A stretch of DNA of 64,000 nt from Octopus bimaculoides (Eukaryota), in the NCBI RefSeq assembly GCF_001194135.2, contig NC_068998.1:51981744-52045743 (forward strand), written 5' to 3'. Position numbers and translations under genes: made by a program. The notes below the pieces were generated by a model. That model had not been told where the DNA came from and made no database searches. It saw nothing but the letters and a program-made list of their open reading frames with translations. Shown piece after piece: positions 12,328 to 27,049 of the stretch; position 1 is the first letter of the stretch, and each line of letters starts with the position of its first letter.

Positions 12328-15207
12328 TTGTTACGCTTTTACTTATATATATATATATATATAGATAGATAGATAGATAGATAGATATGTACACATACAC
12401 ACACACATATATATATATATCATCATCATCATGTATATATATATCTATACTCTTATTTGTTCAAATACATGCCACTGGGCTCTGAGAATTATTTCTCTTA
12501 ACTTGCTTTCATTTTGTGTGTGAGTGTATATGTGTGTACACAGATATACACAATAAGCTTCTACATATTTCCTATCTACCCTAATCCACTCCCAAGGTAC
12601 TCATCAACCTGAGGCTATGGCACTTGTCCAAAGTGCTGCACAAGGGAATTGAACCTAAAAACCCACATAGTTTCAATATTGACTTCTTAACCACACAACC
12701 ATCGCATTGCTAATATAGAAAATAATGTATGTGACAAAAAAATTAGTGATGTTATTTTTATATGGAGAATTCACATATGTTAAGTCTATTGTATATAACG
12801 GCTGAAGCTAATAAATGAAGAAAGAAGGAAAGAAACAAAGAATCTTAGTTGAGATAAAGTAGAAGAAGCCGATTACTTTAAGTAAAGGTAATGGGATATT
12901 TAGTAGACTGTTTAGCTGGTGTGATTTAGTCTGGAAAATTATCTAAAAGCAACACCAATACCTACCAATACTGTTTTAGCAGAATAAGCATTACAGCTAG
13001 AATTTGTAGCACAAGCTGTTATTCACCAAGTTTCTTGGAATATTTATTGTACATGTTTCATTGTAGTCATTGCTTCACTGTCTTTTCTGTTAGATTGGTG
13101 TCGTTCCATCGCATGTATGGAAACATTCTAGTTAGAGAAGTAGAGAAGGTTATTCATAATATATATATATACATTGTTAATGTCTAGTCTTATTTTCTTT
13201 GATTTGCCTTTTAATTCATCTTTGAGAAGATTGGTTTCATTATGATTGCATGAATGAAGCAAATTTATTGCAACTCAATTCAAAGATGGCTTAAAATTTG
13301 TGCTGTGACTGATGACATTCACATTGCACTATTTAAATCTCAAAGAGAATCGGTAACAAATTATGCCTCTCGGCATTACATTGTCTTAGATAAATATGAA
13401 AGGCAAATCAATGTTTATCCCTTGGTATAATAATAGCTAAAGTCCCTCATAACTACAAACTTTCATTTTGTTTTAACCTACTTAAATATTATATTCTATT
13501 AGATTAGATATTATTACTGGAAAACCATTTGCCTACTTTTAGAGAATATATCTTAGAATTATATCTACTAGAGATATTTGTGTAGGTTTTGTTTTGTTTT
13601 TTTGTTTTAATGGTTTGGTTTGTAGAAAGTAGCTATTTCTGTGTCCATTGCGCATTCATGAAAAATGATGAGGTTGATGTAGATAATGTTTGTGATAAAT
13701 ATGGGCAGAGATGGGATGGCTGAAGTAATATGGAAGGAGGAATTAGGAATTGAAAAAAGAAATGATGAGCACAAGTAGAAGTCTTTCACCGTTAGTTTGT
13801 TCAATGATGGCTGATCTTAGATTTAAAAACAACCATAAATCTTCCCAGCCAAAGAGTGCTTCTGAACACCTTCCTTGTCATATATTTCTTGTAAAATGGA
13901 TTTTGTGGACAGAAACTGGAATAAGATTGATGTATATACACTTATATATGTAACTTTGTGTTTGTTTTCATCTCTGATCCCTTGGATGAAGGTGAAACAG
14001 GCATGGTTGTTGTCAGCTTCTCCTGTCAACATATCGTTCAGTTGCTTTGTGACTTTAAATCACTATGGAGTAAGAGGTTTCTTAAGGGGAAAACGTGGGG
14101 GTTAGCATTAGGAAGATCATCCAGCTGTAAAGCAATATCTCAACATATTTGTCCAACCCAAGCAAGCATTAACAAACAGATGTAAAACAAATAAACAAAT
14201 GTACTTATAACAGATCATTCTTAATACCCGACAAAGCACTCCTTAAAATCATAACTGCTGAACCTCTCAGATGCATTTAAATTTAAAATGTGGCAAAATC
14301 TCAAAAATCCGACCTCCTGCCCCCATAAAAAATTTTTTTACCATAACAATTTGTAAAGTCACCTGTGAATTAATAAAATCTAAAATATTTTATTTTCCTT
14401 AGTGTCAATGTGCCACCAAAAGGTCTTTTGTTCTTATTGTTACTACCAAACTCCTACCAGTATAATCCCTTTGTTACCATATTCCTGTTGGCATACACTG
14501 CCTTTCTTTCAGGGTCAGTTTCAGGTGGATTGGTATCAAAAGGGATTAAAATGCTTCACCACCTTTACTATGTGTGGTAATTCTATCTGTTGCGAATAAC
14601 AGCCAAATCTCCTTCAAATTACATCTTATCTTTTTATAGAACACCATATATATTTTATAGTCCTCCCAGAGAACCCTAAAACTTAACGTGGTCAGAGCTG
14701 TAAAACTTTCAATCATAAGTCTACTCACTCAGAAGCAACAGTAACAGCAACTGTGGAGAGAACTGATTTTTTTCCGAGAAAGATCAGATAAAAAGAGAAA
14801 GAAAAATTATTGCATGTTTATGGCTGATGAAGAGACAAGTGATAGGAGTTGCTCGCTGATATATCCTTCCATTTGGAAATAAAGTTAAAGTATATTATAG
14901 CCAGCAGTTGACCTACTGTTTATTGACAGAATGACACTTAGTGAATGGACGATAGAATGATACTGTGTAAAGTATTGATCACTGCAAAGTATATGACAAG
15001 ATCTGCAGTCCTTGGATTAGTGTATCTGATAATATCTAACACCCGTAATGGAATACAACACCTCAATAATGAAGCATATGTTCTTGACTTGTGGTCAAAG
15101 GTCACTGGGAGAAATTAATTATTAATTACAAAGATACTTCCCAACAAGTTTCATCATCTCAATTTACATTTGTTTTCACTTCAATCCCAGTCTATTATAT
15201 AAAGATG

Positions 15208-15550
15208 TGGAGGTACAATGGCCCAGTGGTTATGGCAGCAGACTCGTGGTTGTAGAATTGCGGTTTCAATTCCCAGACCAGGCGTTGTGAGTGTTTATTG
15301 AGCACAAACACCTAAAAGTACACTTTCACCACAACTTTCTCTCACTCTTTCTTCCTGCTTCTGTTATACCTGTATTTCAAAGGGGCCAGTCTTGTCACAC
15401 TCTGTGCCATGCTGAATCTCCCCAAGAACTAAATTAAGAGTACACATGTCTGTGGAGTGCTCAGCCACTTGCATGTTAATTTCACGAGCAGGCTGTTCCG
15501 TTGATCGAATCAACTGGAACCCTTGTCATCGCAACTGACATAGTGCCATC
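15208..15550 (+). mobile_element. Full-length tRNA-derived SINE family D with 14-bp TSD
   Basis: A-box-like tggcccagtgg and B-box-like ggtttcaattcc. Exact direct repeat attatataaagatg at 15194-15207 and 15551-15564. Confidence 0.85.
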
Positions 15551-18500
15551 ATTATATAAAGATGGTGCTCCAGCATGATCTTAGCCATAATAGCTAAAAC
15601 AAATGGAAGAATACTTCTTTATTGTTCATTTTAATGGAGGAGTTTCCATCTTCCAAATCCACTCACAAGGCTTTGGTCGACCCAAGGCTATGGAAGAAGA
15701 CATTTGCCCAAGTTGACACACCTACACCTCTAGGAGTCAGGTTTGTTACTACAGTTTCCTTAACGCTAACAGAAATAACTCTGGTGTGAATCAGTGTGAT
15801 AGTGTTGATGTTCCACTGCTGCCATGACAACCAACTTTATTTTTTCTCTAAGTATAAGTTTGAAAGCTGAATCGACTGAGTAGAGTTACAATTAGATGAA
15901 ATCTCCAAGTGGCTTAAATGCTCAAGTCTCCAATATCCAAGTGGCTAAAAAGAGTCAGTAGAAGGATACCCAGGAATCATGATCTGGATGCAGCCTGGCC
16001 TCTTTAGAATGTAAGAAGTTAAGGGCCAAAACAGTTGCATGAGTGGGGCTTTTTTTCTCTAAAGCCCTTCTGCTGTTTAGTTCTCTTGAAAGTTTCTGAT
16101 GGTTTGTATTTTCAAGTGTGTTGTGTTTATGATAAAGTGTGTGTGTTTGTGGTAAAGTGTAACAGAATCATGCTTCAAAGTAATATCACTGGAGGAAAGT
16201 GAATGATGTAAACATTTCAGTGTGATGCAGAATGAGTTTGTAAAACGGATGGAAATAAATTGTAAATCTAGTAAAGAATATTGTAAAACTACTTAAGTGG
16301 TTTTAAATGACTGTTAAAAATCTGTGATTTCCCACTTGTCTTTAGTATTCCTTTTTCACTTTTTAAACAAATCATGAAAATTGTTTGTTAATTGCAATGG
16401 GGCCTGGGTTCTGAATCATAATTGCAATTTTATAAAATCTGAAGTGTTATAAATTCACAGCAAATTTGTCTTTTAAGAAAGTTACAAACTCTGTTTTTCA
16501 AGATGTTAATATAAAGTTATAAATATATAAGATCACTGATTTATGACGATAATTGTTTCATTATAGATTATTAAAGAACAAATAATTGATCAAAGTTGCA
16601 ACTGCTATGACGTAAACGACGATGATATTTAATTTATTTTTATTTTTGCAAAGTTGGCATCAATAGAACAACAGAGTAAACACTACAGAGTTTTAAGTTT
16701 CATGTCTGGATTATTGGTTTAATCTCTCTTAATACCAGCCCACCTGAGACTGTCCATACTAAAGTGTTGATATTTAAATTAAAATCTCAATCAGAATCTC
16801 ATTATAACATGAATACTATCATGAGATTTTATTTGGTCAACATCAGCATAATATACCAATAAATAAACTTAAAGATGTTTTACTAAAATCCTCTCCAGTA
16901 TTGATTTTGTTGAAAATTAATTGAAACACATAAGCAAGCTATTCATTGGAAATTGAGTCACGCAAAGGTTAAATCCTACCAAGTTTGGGTTTTGGTTTAC
17001 ATTTTATTTTATGATTAACAACCTATGAATATGTTATCCCAAGATTCAAAGATATTATGAAATAGGTATGTGAGTTCTTAAAACTAAATTTAACCCTTTT
17101 GTTTCAATTAATTTTGAAAATAAGGAAGAATTTAGTAAAACAACTTTTGTCATTGTTAAGCTGGTATTTTAAACAAATTAATACAAAATTTTAATGAAAG
17201 GTTTTAAGTCAAATCACTTTAAAACAAGTAGTTTGTGTCACAGAACAGTCTTAGGTGGATACGTATTAAAAGGCTTACTGCTTTCACAATGATCTCTTTA
17301 ATGAAATACACGTTTTATGTTTGTTTGTTTTTTTCTTTGCTGGTATAGGTGGGATAAAAACTTATTATAGAGACATTATTTTACAGTCAGATGCCTTCCT
17401 AATTGCTAACCCCTACATGTTTTGCAAGTAAGGGACTTGTCTTACGAAGGGGCATCACCTAGTGGTTAGGGTGTTGCACTCACGATATCAATGGGTTAAT
17501 CTACCTGAATGGCAAATCAAATTGTTTTTATTTTCTTCGTTGTGTAAAACATGATGGAACTAATTGTTCAGACTAATTAGCTGACAAAGGACATTGACTG
17601 ATAATGCTAATTGTCATGATGGTAGACACTATTGTTGTTATTAACACTGACAAATTACGAAAATTTTAAACATATTGTTTTGCAACCATGTGCTATCCGT
17701 TTGAATCTCACTGCACAATACATTGGCCAGGTGCCTTCTGTAGCCTTGAGTTAGCCAATACATTGTGGACAGAATGTATATAGATGTATGCTCTGTGTGT
17801 GTGTGTGTGTATAAGTTGTCCACCAGTCAAAAATAAAAGCACCCTGTATATAAATAATAAAGTCAATTTATTTTTGAATCCTCATGCAATAAATTATTGA
17901 CCAAATGGTTACCACTCGTTTTTTCCCCTGACAGTAATATTTTGTCCAGTTATATGCCATCACCAGTAATATATTGCTTGATGTGTATCTAGAAGTGTGT
18001 GTATTTATGTATATATTTGGGTGTGTATATCTATGTGTATGTATGTGTGTGTGTGTGTATGTATATATATGTGTAATTATATATATACAAACACACACAC
18101 ATATTAGTCTATTCATGTGTAAGAGCCAACTGTTGTTGAACTGTTCAGAGGAACCCTAGAGTATCGATAAGCTACTGGATATATCTACACAAACAACATA
18201 CGTGTATGTGGGGTTTGTGTTTATCTATTGAAAACACCACCAGTCAAAACAACACAGATATTGGGTCAAACGGTGAATGAAGCAACCAGTAAAATATAGA
18301 TTAATTAATTAACTCCTAAATTGAAATAAAGAGAGAGGTCAGGATGATTGACTTCAAAACCTCTGAAGACAGTATCCCAGCTTGGCCACAGTCTAATGAC
18401 TGATACCATTAATCAAATAAAAGAATAACTGCTCGTTAGCTGCTACTTAACACTTTTCAACTGATAAGATCAAAACTCATTATACCTTAACACAAACTAA

Positions 18501-19209
18501 ATAATTACCCTTACATAAAAAGAAAAATACCTAAGTTATTTTTACACTTTTCAGTTGGTCAATTGACTCAATTTTATTCTTTCATCGTTGCTAATTTGTA
18601 ACATTATTCTTAATTATTTTAGGTTTTTTTTTTATTGTTGATTAGTCCTGGGCAAACTGATAAATTATTCAGCTTGCTTCATAATGGGAATATAAAGCAA
18701 TTAATTTAATCATCGTTAAGTCTTCAGATTGTAAGAAAACCAGATTGAATTGAGATTGGACTGATTTCTTGGATTTTTTCTTTTTTTTTTTCTAATTAGT
18801 CTGCATTAGTATTTTGAATAATGGTGGAGGAAATGTTACTTGCAATCAGATGTGGAGATTTCTTTCTAAGAAATATGTTCCAATTGTTTACTACTGTTTC
18901 AAACCATTCTTTGCTGGATCACCATCATCATCATCATCATCATCATCGTTTTAACATCCACTTTTCCTTTCTTGCATGGATTGGATGAAGTTTATTGAGG
19001 CAGATTTTTCTACGGCCAGTTGCTCTTCCCGTCACTAACCCTCACCTGTTATCCAAGGAAAGTAAATATTTTCCCCAAGGATCAGACATATTCTCAGAGA
19101 ATTTTGGAAACGGCTTGTATGACTGACAATTATTTACAACTATTCAAGGCAGGGAAACTGTAACAAATACACAATCTCACATACATGCATACATATACTG
19201 CCCCCCATG

Positions 19210-19394
19210 CCAGTCGCACGTAAAAGCACCCACTACACTCTCGGAGTGGTTGGCGTTAGGAAGGGCATCCAGCTGTAGAAACTCTGCCAGATCAAATTCG
19301 AGCCTGGTGCAGCCATCTGGCTCTCCTGTCCTCAGTCAAATCGTCCAACCCAAGCTAGCATGGAAAGCGGACGTTAAATGATGATGATGATGAT
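19210..19394 (+). mobile_element. SINE/LINE-tail family C with (GAT)n tail
   Basis: gtggttggcgttaggaagggcatccagctgtagaaac...gcatggaaagcggacgttaaatgatgatg. Other copies at 29560-30137, 41365-41577, 36705-36900(-), 39727-40053(-) and 60440-60660(-). Confidence 0.8.
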
Positions 19395-20797
19395 TATAAG
19401 AAGTTAGAAACTTCAAAAGAATTGAAATAAATTATTATTTTTGTACTGGAACTTGATGTCTGTAAAACTAAAAATAACAACTTGTAAGAATATAGCGTTA
19501 AAACTTCTTTTAATGTAAACATCAAAATGAATAGAGAAAATCTGATATGTTGCTTTGGTGTAATGGTTAGCAAATCTGTCGTAGTTTCAGAAGGTGAAAG
19601 TTCACATCCCGTGGGCAGCCTTCAATTTTTTTTTCCATCCAAGGGNNNNNNNNNNNNNNNNNNNNNNNNNNNNNNNNNNNNNNNNNNNNNNNNNNNNNNN
19701 NNNNNNNNNNNNNNNNNNNNNNNNNNNNNNNNNNNNNNNNNNNNNNNNNNNNNNNNNNNNNNNNNNNNNNNNNNNNNNNNNNNNNNNNNNNNNNNNNNNN
19801 NNNNNNNNNNNNNNNNNNNNNNNNNNNNNNNNNNNNNNNNNNNNNNNNNNNNNNNNNNNNNNNNNNNNNNNNNNNNNNNNNNNNNNNNNNNNNNNNNNNN
19901 NNNNNNNNNNNNNNNNNNNNNNNNNNNNNNNNNNNNNNNNNNNNNNNNNNNNNNNNNNNNNNNNNNNNNNNNNNNNNNNNNNNNNNNNNNNNNNNNNNNN
20001 NNNNNNNNNNNNNNNNNNNNNNNNNNNNNNNNNNNNNNNNNNNNNNNNNNNNNNNNNNNNNNNNNNNNNNNNNNNNNNNNNNNNNNNNNNNNNNNNNNNN
20101 NNNNNNNNNNNNNNNNNNNNNNNNNNNNNNNNNNNNNNNNNNNNNNNNNNNNNNNNNNNNNNNNNNNNNNNNNNNNNNNNNNNNNATATATATATATATA
20201 TATACCCTATATGTTACTCTCCCATATATTGCTTCTTCACTAATATGCTTTCTTTATCCGTTTCTATGCTTTCCATGCATTTTCAAGCGAATCTCCTCCA
20301 AGTCAACATGGTATCCCTTGATGACAGTGTAAACTTCTTTTGATTAAGGTATCTTTGGCCCAACAAGTAGCTAGCAGATTATCCCTTGTTTGGTTAATTC
20401 CTACTTCCGAGGTTCTTTTAGCTATGAAACATATGCAGCCTGGATTTTATCTACACCATTCCCTAATCTTTAGATATATATATTAGAGACAGAGAGAGAG
20501 AGAGAGAGAAATGTGTGTGTGTCACTGCATATCTTTCCAGAACAATTCCCACCTCAGCTACCACCTCATTTATTTCATAAAAATAAACCTTCCTTGTGTT
20601 AGGGCATGGGATTATTTCAACTTTCACTATCAGTTTGACTGTATGTAATGATCATTTTTGGTACCAGTAATTCCAGCAATTAAAAACATATGTCTTCTTT
20701 CCCACATTCAACATAACTTCACATTAAATTTGTTAAACAATTTTCCATTTCATCATTCTTTAATCTTCCGTCTTATTTTCTATTTCTATCTTTACAG

Positions 20798-20972
20798 CCT
20801 TGAATTATACAAAAAAGTGCCTAATCTTCGGGTGCTTGCGTGTGGTGGTGATGGTACAGTTGGTTGGATTTTATCGATTCTTGATGAATTAGCTATCCAG
20901 CCTTCACCTCCTGTTGCCATTCTACCACTGGGTACTGGGAATGACCTTGCAAGAACTCTGAATTGGGGAGGT
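20798..20972 (+). CDS. DGKZ: DGK exon: catalytic domain with GGDGT ATP-binding motif
   Basis: tttacag|C ... GGT|gtaagt. Translates [58 protein letters not shown]. Phase 2 to 0, matching the previous exon. Confidence 0.97.
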
Positions 20973-21382
20973 GTAAGTATAATATTTCATAAAGGATTTC
21001 GGGATTTTTGTGGTTTTCGTCACTGTTTACAATTTTGTTTGTTTTGTTATTATTTTTTTTCAAATTCCATTTTGTTTGAGCACAGCATGGGAAAAACTGA
21101 TTCAAAAAATGCTCAAACGGTTCTCTCTTAGGAAATGCTGAAATTGTTCAACTCGTTCTCTTCCTATACGTTTATCTGTGTGCTTCATTCTATGGTTTCA
21201 TTCACAAGTGTATGGTTTTAATCTGTGGTGAGCTGAGGAGTAAGGTGTTGAAATCAGAAGAGCATTGCATGAACGCGGTAGCCGAAGTAGGGATCAAAAC
21301 ATTTTCTCAAGTGTAAGGCCTCATCTTTCCGCTGTTGAATGGTAATTTATTAAGACCCATGCAACACCGGGTACTACTGCTA

Positions 21383-21443
<61 letters not shown>

Positions 21444-21739
21444 TATATACACACACACACACACACACACATATGCAAGCGGCTTCTTTCAGTTTCCATC
21501 AGCCAAATCCACTCAAAAGATTTTAATTGTACTTAAGGCTGTAGTATGGACGGAGACTTTTGCCCAAAACGTCATGCAGTGGGTTTGAACTTGAAACTCT
21601 GTAGTTGGGAAGTGGACTTCTTAACCACTCTGTCATGCCTACGTCTATTCTGGAACAATTTATTATCAAGCTGGTGAGGCTTCTGTCTATTGGATCTCTA
21701 TTGAAAATTCAGGTTGCAAGAGACACCATAGACAACACC

Positions 21740-21771
<32 letters not shown>

Positions 21772-21939
21772 GTGCAATATTGAGCTAATTTCCTATACTT
21801 TTCTGTCAAAATATCTATTGATTACTATCAATAACAAGTAAACACTTGAGAAGGCAGGAAACACATGAATCAATATTGTGATTGTTAAGACAACAAACTG
21901 TGGTGGCTATTCTTATGGTGACCTTTGCTCTTCGTATTG

Positions 21940-22125
21940 TTTAGCTCCCAGTTCAGTTCACCTGTAATCAAAAGCCATTCCAACTATGACCCGCTGACTT
22001 TATTTTTCTTTGTCATAATGTATCTAAGACAACTCTCTTCAATGTGTCCTTCCTTTTCTTACGATTTGTGATTTGGTTATTGTTACTAGCACATCTAGTA
22101 ACCACATAGAGGCTCACTCACTGGT
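21940..22125 (+). mobile_element. Interspersed repeat family G (unclassified)
   Basis: Shared motifs ...aaaggcattccagccatgacc...gatttggctgctatttctagcagg...tagaggct recur near 140-335, 25305-25480, 47745-47925, 48795-48985 and 56580-56820. Confidence 0.55.
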
Positions 22126-22591
22126 GTAGTGATCTATGTCTGTAACATATACTGTCTCAAGCTTGGAGTACAAATGATGAAAAATTGATTCAAACCATGA
22201 AAGCTTATTCCTGTGTTTAATTATATAGATTATAATACCAAATTGAAAAAAAAAAAATAAATAAAAAAACAGCTAAAATATAAGTCAATATATAATAGCA
22301 GGATCTTTTTTAGCCGAAAAGAAAATATTCACGTGTTGCAGTTTACAAAAAAGTAAATATATACTAAAATTTAGTGCCAAGGTATAAGCCCTATGCTCTG
22401 TCAGTGGATGGGATGATTATTATAAAATCATTGATCATTAGTTTAGACAAGCTTTCATGTATTTCTTGAGAGAATTCCAATTTCTTCAGGAGAGAGGCAT
22501 ATCATACATCTTGGCAGCATTCCTCTAAATCTTTCAAAACAGAAGTGATCATTATTTATAGAATTAGAGTATACTTCATATAAATACACAC

Positions 22592-22627
<36 letters not shown>

Positions 22628-22844
22628 GTGAATGTATACTGTTGTGTATGCATATATCTGATATGTGTGTGTGTTTGTTTCCCTGTGTCTCCATACTGAC
22701 AGTGCTTTAGCAGCTGTGTAGTGTTGTGTCCTGTGTAAATTGGCAGATGATGGTTTCATGATGCAAAAGCATAGAACAAAACACTGTTTTCAAAACAAGC
22801 AAGGATTGGTAACACAAAGAGCATCCTGCACAAAAACACAGACA

Positions 22845-22898
<54 letters not shown>

Positions 22899-25489
22899 TA
22901 TAAGTGATGTAGTGGTGTTGCAAAATTTGACTTGTGCATATCAATTTCCATTATGTCCTTCATATTGTATCAACATTTCATGCATTTATTTTTAAAGTCA
23001 AGGAAGTTATCAAAAATTAAAACCCATCAGTGACTTTTGGGACACTGTATATCTTATCATTATCATTTTGCACCAAATTGTCTCTGTTGGCATGAATTAA
23101 GATTAGTTTACTTAGGCAATATGTTGACTGGATGCTCTTCCTGTCACCAAACAACATCACTTGTATGAAGGTGATGCTCATTTACAATCTTCACACGATG
23201 TCAGGAGGAGGAAAAGATACACACATTATACATAGATTATAGGCTTCTTTCAGTTTCCATCTCACAAAGCTTTGGTCAATCTAAGGCTGTAGTAGAAGAC
23301 ACTTCCTCAAGGTGTCATGCTTTGGAACTGAACTCAAGACCACATGATTGGGAAGCAAGCTTCACAACCACTCAACCTGTACTTAATTATACCTAATAAA
23401 TGGGTACATTTTGGATAATTAGTCAAGGTAGTTATTGCATCATTTCACATACACAATATTGAATCATGTATTACAAACAGCCCAATTTTAGGAACAGCCA
23501 TTCCGTTTCTGATAGTTCAAAATGTACAGTTGGGAATTTCATCAAAGCTTTAAAATATATATTCTCTATATAAATTAACTGTTTATATCATTTGTTTACG
23601 TAGATTAAATGAATTTCATAAATGATTAATTACTATAGTAACAAAATGTTTTAACGTACCATTGTTTTTCTCTTAATCTAAATTTAAACTTATTTTCTCT
23701 TAGCTAAATATGTTGTCAAGTAGACGTAAACATATAGCTACAATTTAATTACTATAAGATCTGATTATTTCTGTTCAACTACTCTATGCCATTGTACAAT
23801 GTACAGGGGAACATTAAAGGCTATATCTAATTCTGAGACAGCATATATTCCATGCAGGCATCACCATGTGGTTAAGGATTTTGCTTTACAACCATTTGGT
23901 TCCTGGTTTAAACTCCACTGCACAATACCTTGAGCAAGTATCTTCAACTGTAGCTTCAGGTAAATTGAAGTTTGGTAGGTGAAATTCAGTTGCCAGTCAC
24001 AATGCAAAAGCCTATTGAATGTGGGTGTGGAGGAGTATCCAGCAGTGTGTGACAGAAAACTCTATAGTTCAGAACCAATAAAAGCTTTGTAAGTGAATTT
24101 AGTACATGGAAACTGAAAGAAGCTCATCATGTGTGTGTGTGTGTGCATAGGTGAGTGAGTGTGTTTGTGTCTCCTTATCTTCACATCACATAATAATTGT
24201 AAGAAAACTTCACCGTTGCTCAAAAGGCGTTCATCATTTCCAGTCTTTTGTGTAAATATATCTGACCACAGGGAAATATTACCTTGGTCAGAAACAGATG
24301 TGAGATGACCAACAGGAAGAACATCTGACTGAAAGCAATCTGCCTCAATGAATTCTGTCTAACTTTTACAAGCAGGGAAAAGTGGACATATAAACCGTGA
24401 GGATGATGACAATGATTATGATGACGATAACGATGATGAATCCCAATGTTAGATCATAAATAGATAATAAAATAATCACATTAACTTTGAAGAATTATTT
24501 CTCTTGATAATCTCAATTTCTTTTGATAATCTCAATATTGTCAGATCATAAATGAACAATAAAATAACATTTGTTATTAAATAGGAATAATATTGTCAGA
24601 TCGTAAATTGTTTAAAGCATTCCATAGAGTTTGCTAAGTTATATAAAATAACCTCTTGGCTCTCTTATTACAACTTTAGGGAGAAGGTTTATCAGTAATA
24701 AAAATTATTTATTTTCTTATGCTTATCTTTTCATAGTTTTATTGGTTTCTGTCATTATAGCACAGCCATACTGGAGCACCGCCATCCTAGATGGTGTCAG
24801 ATGATTACATCAAGCATTTGTTATTTCAATGTGGTGCTTATTTTATTGATCTCTAATTAACGATGTCAAGTTTTTTACCATTTTTGGTATAAATCAACAT
24901 CATTCGATCAACCATTTTACACACACACACACACACACACACATGTTGGGCTTCTACACAATTTCCATCTACCATGTTCCACTCATAAAATATTGGACAA
25001 CTCAAGACCACAGTATAAATACAGAGGTGGCCATTCACTGAAATTGAAGCTGGAATTTTGGTTTTGGTTGCAAGCTGAGCTTTTCAGCAATCCTCCAGTT
25101 ATGCCTAATCTCAAAAATCTTCATATTAATGCATCTTTTGATTTAATATAATTTGATTTTTTTGATTCTTGAATTCATAGTAAATAAATATTTACATATA
25201 TTTCCAAATGTTCCCCAGTTATTCCTTCTGGCTAAATGAACATTTAAGTTCACTCATTCATGAAGCAAGTAAATTTAATTTTATGAGATAGTCAAAGTTG
25301 TTTAGCCCTTGGTCTACTCTAATCAAGCAGACATATCATCAAACATGTTCCAACTATTATTGTCCCATATTTTTCTTCTGACAATGATTAGTCTTTTTTA
25401 AGACAACAGAGTGTAATTTGTGAGCGATTTGTCAGCTACTTCTAGCAGACTGAATGATTACGTAGAAGCTTCCTTCATTGACATATTAC

Positions 25490-25832
25490 TTACATCACTT
25501 ACGCCCTTCACTCTTTGTGAAGCATAGGCCCTCAATGACTTTTCTCCACTGTACTCAGTTGTGAGTTGTCTTAAGGCCTTCTTCTCCCAGGTTTTGTTGG
25601 TGTTGAATTTTCTTCAACACTTCTGTAACTTTGCTTTTTTCTTGGTTGGAAGAGCTGTTGGTCCTACATAAACCTATTTTTTTTTTACCTCTGGGAAGAG
25701 GTGATCCATATTTGTCTGGACTCTATCCTTTGTCCTGTCCAGCATGAGAGGCCCCTACCAGGAACTTTCACTCCACTGGCACAGCTCTTGGGGGTCATTG
25801 AGGCCCACAAGCCATCACACTACAGCAAGGAC
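25490..25832 (-). mobile_element. Internally deleted RTE-clade LINE derivative (5' UTR joined to ORF C-terminus)
   Basis: The minus strand starts ccttgctgtagtgtgatggcttgtgggcctcaatgaccc...cctggtagggg...atgctggacagg, resembling an RTE/Expander 5' UTR as recalled. It ends in N*VQWRKVIEGLCFTKSEGRK*, resembling an RTE C-terminus. Confidence 0.6.
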
Positions 25833-26680
25833 TGGATCTTGTGCAGATTCTTTAATATACGCATGAGTAATTGCATTGGGCTTTATACAATCATGCTAAA
25901 ACATCAAACTAATGTGAAGGAACTCGTGCTTCTTTAGAAGCCAAAACTATAATATTCACTAAAGGATATCAACAAGAGGCCATAACACGTTTTGTAAAGT
26001 AAAAATCAATTTGGTAACAACAATAGCTACAAAATCAGTTGAGTAGCAATTAACATTTACAAACTGTTTAGATTTATCTTGTTGGAGCAGAACATTAACA
26101 AATTCACTTTCTTTGGGGAAAATATATTGAACTACTTTAAGGAGGGAAAATGAAATTCAAACTGTTATTCTCATAAAAAGAATACCTTCTTTTCTCTATG
26201 AAGGCATGAAGTGGACAAGCTGGCATGACCAGTTTTCCATGTTAATATCAAATGTTAGACCATCCGTAGCTAAACATCAAAGTTTGAAATTACTTCACAT
26301 AAACTTGGTTGTATCTGAATTTAACTGTTTACCCATTTTGTTTCTTTATAAAATAAATTTTACGCTTTACTTATATAATATGAAATCTTTGGATTAAAAC
26401 AAGATTTGTGGTTTTGAAGTCTTTGATTCTTCTTTAAAGGTAGAAATGATTTGAAAGTAATTAGCATATTAGAAAACAAAAATTCAGTGGCAAAAAAAAA
26501 AAGAAATTAACAGAAAATCTGTTTAAATGTGTGAGATGAGTTATCAATAAGGTAATTTTGTTTTGTTTTATTATTTTCCTTATTTTTAGAGAACACTATG
26601 TTCTGATCACACTTCTAGCTAACATTAACAGCCTTGTGGATAAGAATATTCTTATCCTTAGTTTTCTGATATGACTTTAA

Positions 26681-26896
26681 CCCTTCAGCATTTAAACTGG
26701 CCATATCTGGCCATAATATTCTACCTGTTTTATTTTCAAACTGGTCAGATCTGTCATGTCAAACCTACCCTGCCATGTCATTCTGAGAATAAACAATCAC
26801 ATCATCAAAATTTGAATGCTACAAGATAATGCATGATTAATTCAAAATAATGTGTATAAGTACTGCATTGGATAGGGTAATCTGAATGCTAAAGGG
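26681..26896. mobile_element. piggyBac-like MITE (family E) with TTAA TSD
   Basis: TTAA-CCCTTCAGCATT ... AATGCTAAAGGG-TTAA, TIR 11/12 match. Other copies near 372-598, 30243-30465 and 43310-43385. Confidence 0.8.
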
Positions 26897-27049
26897 TTAA
26901 ACTGCATCCAATTGTGGGGCATTGGTTTGGAAATTCCAGGGCTTTGAAGAGTGTGGAACCATCTCTTAAGCCACGGTTGTTCTTCGGTCTACTTTGATCA
27001 AGAGTAGTAGCATCTGTTAGGGTCCCAGTAATAGGTTAATTAGCTTGTC

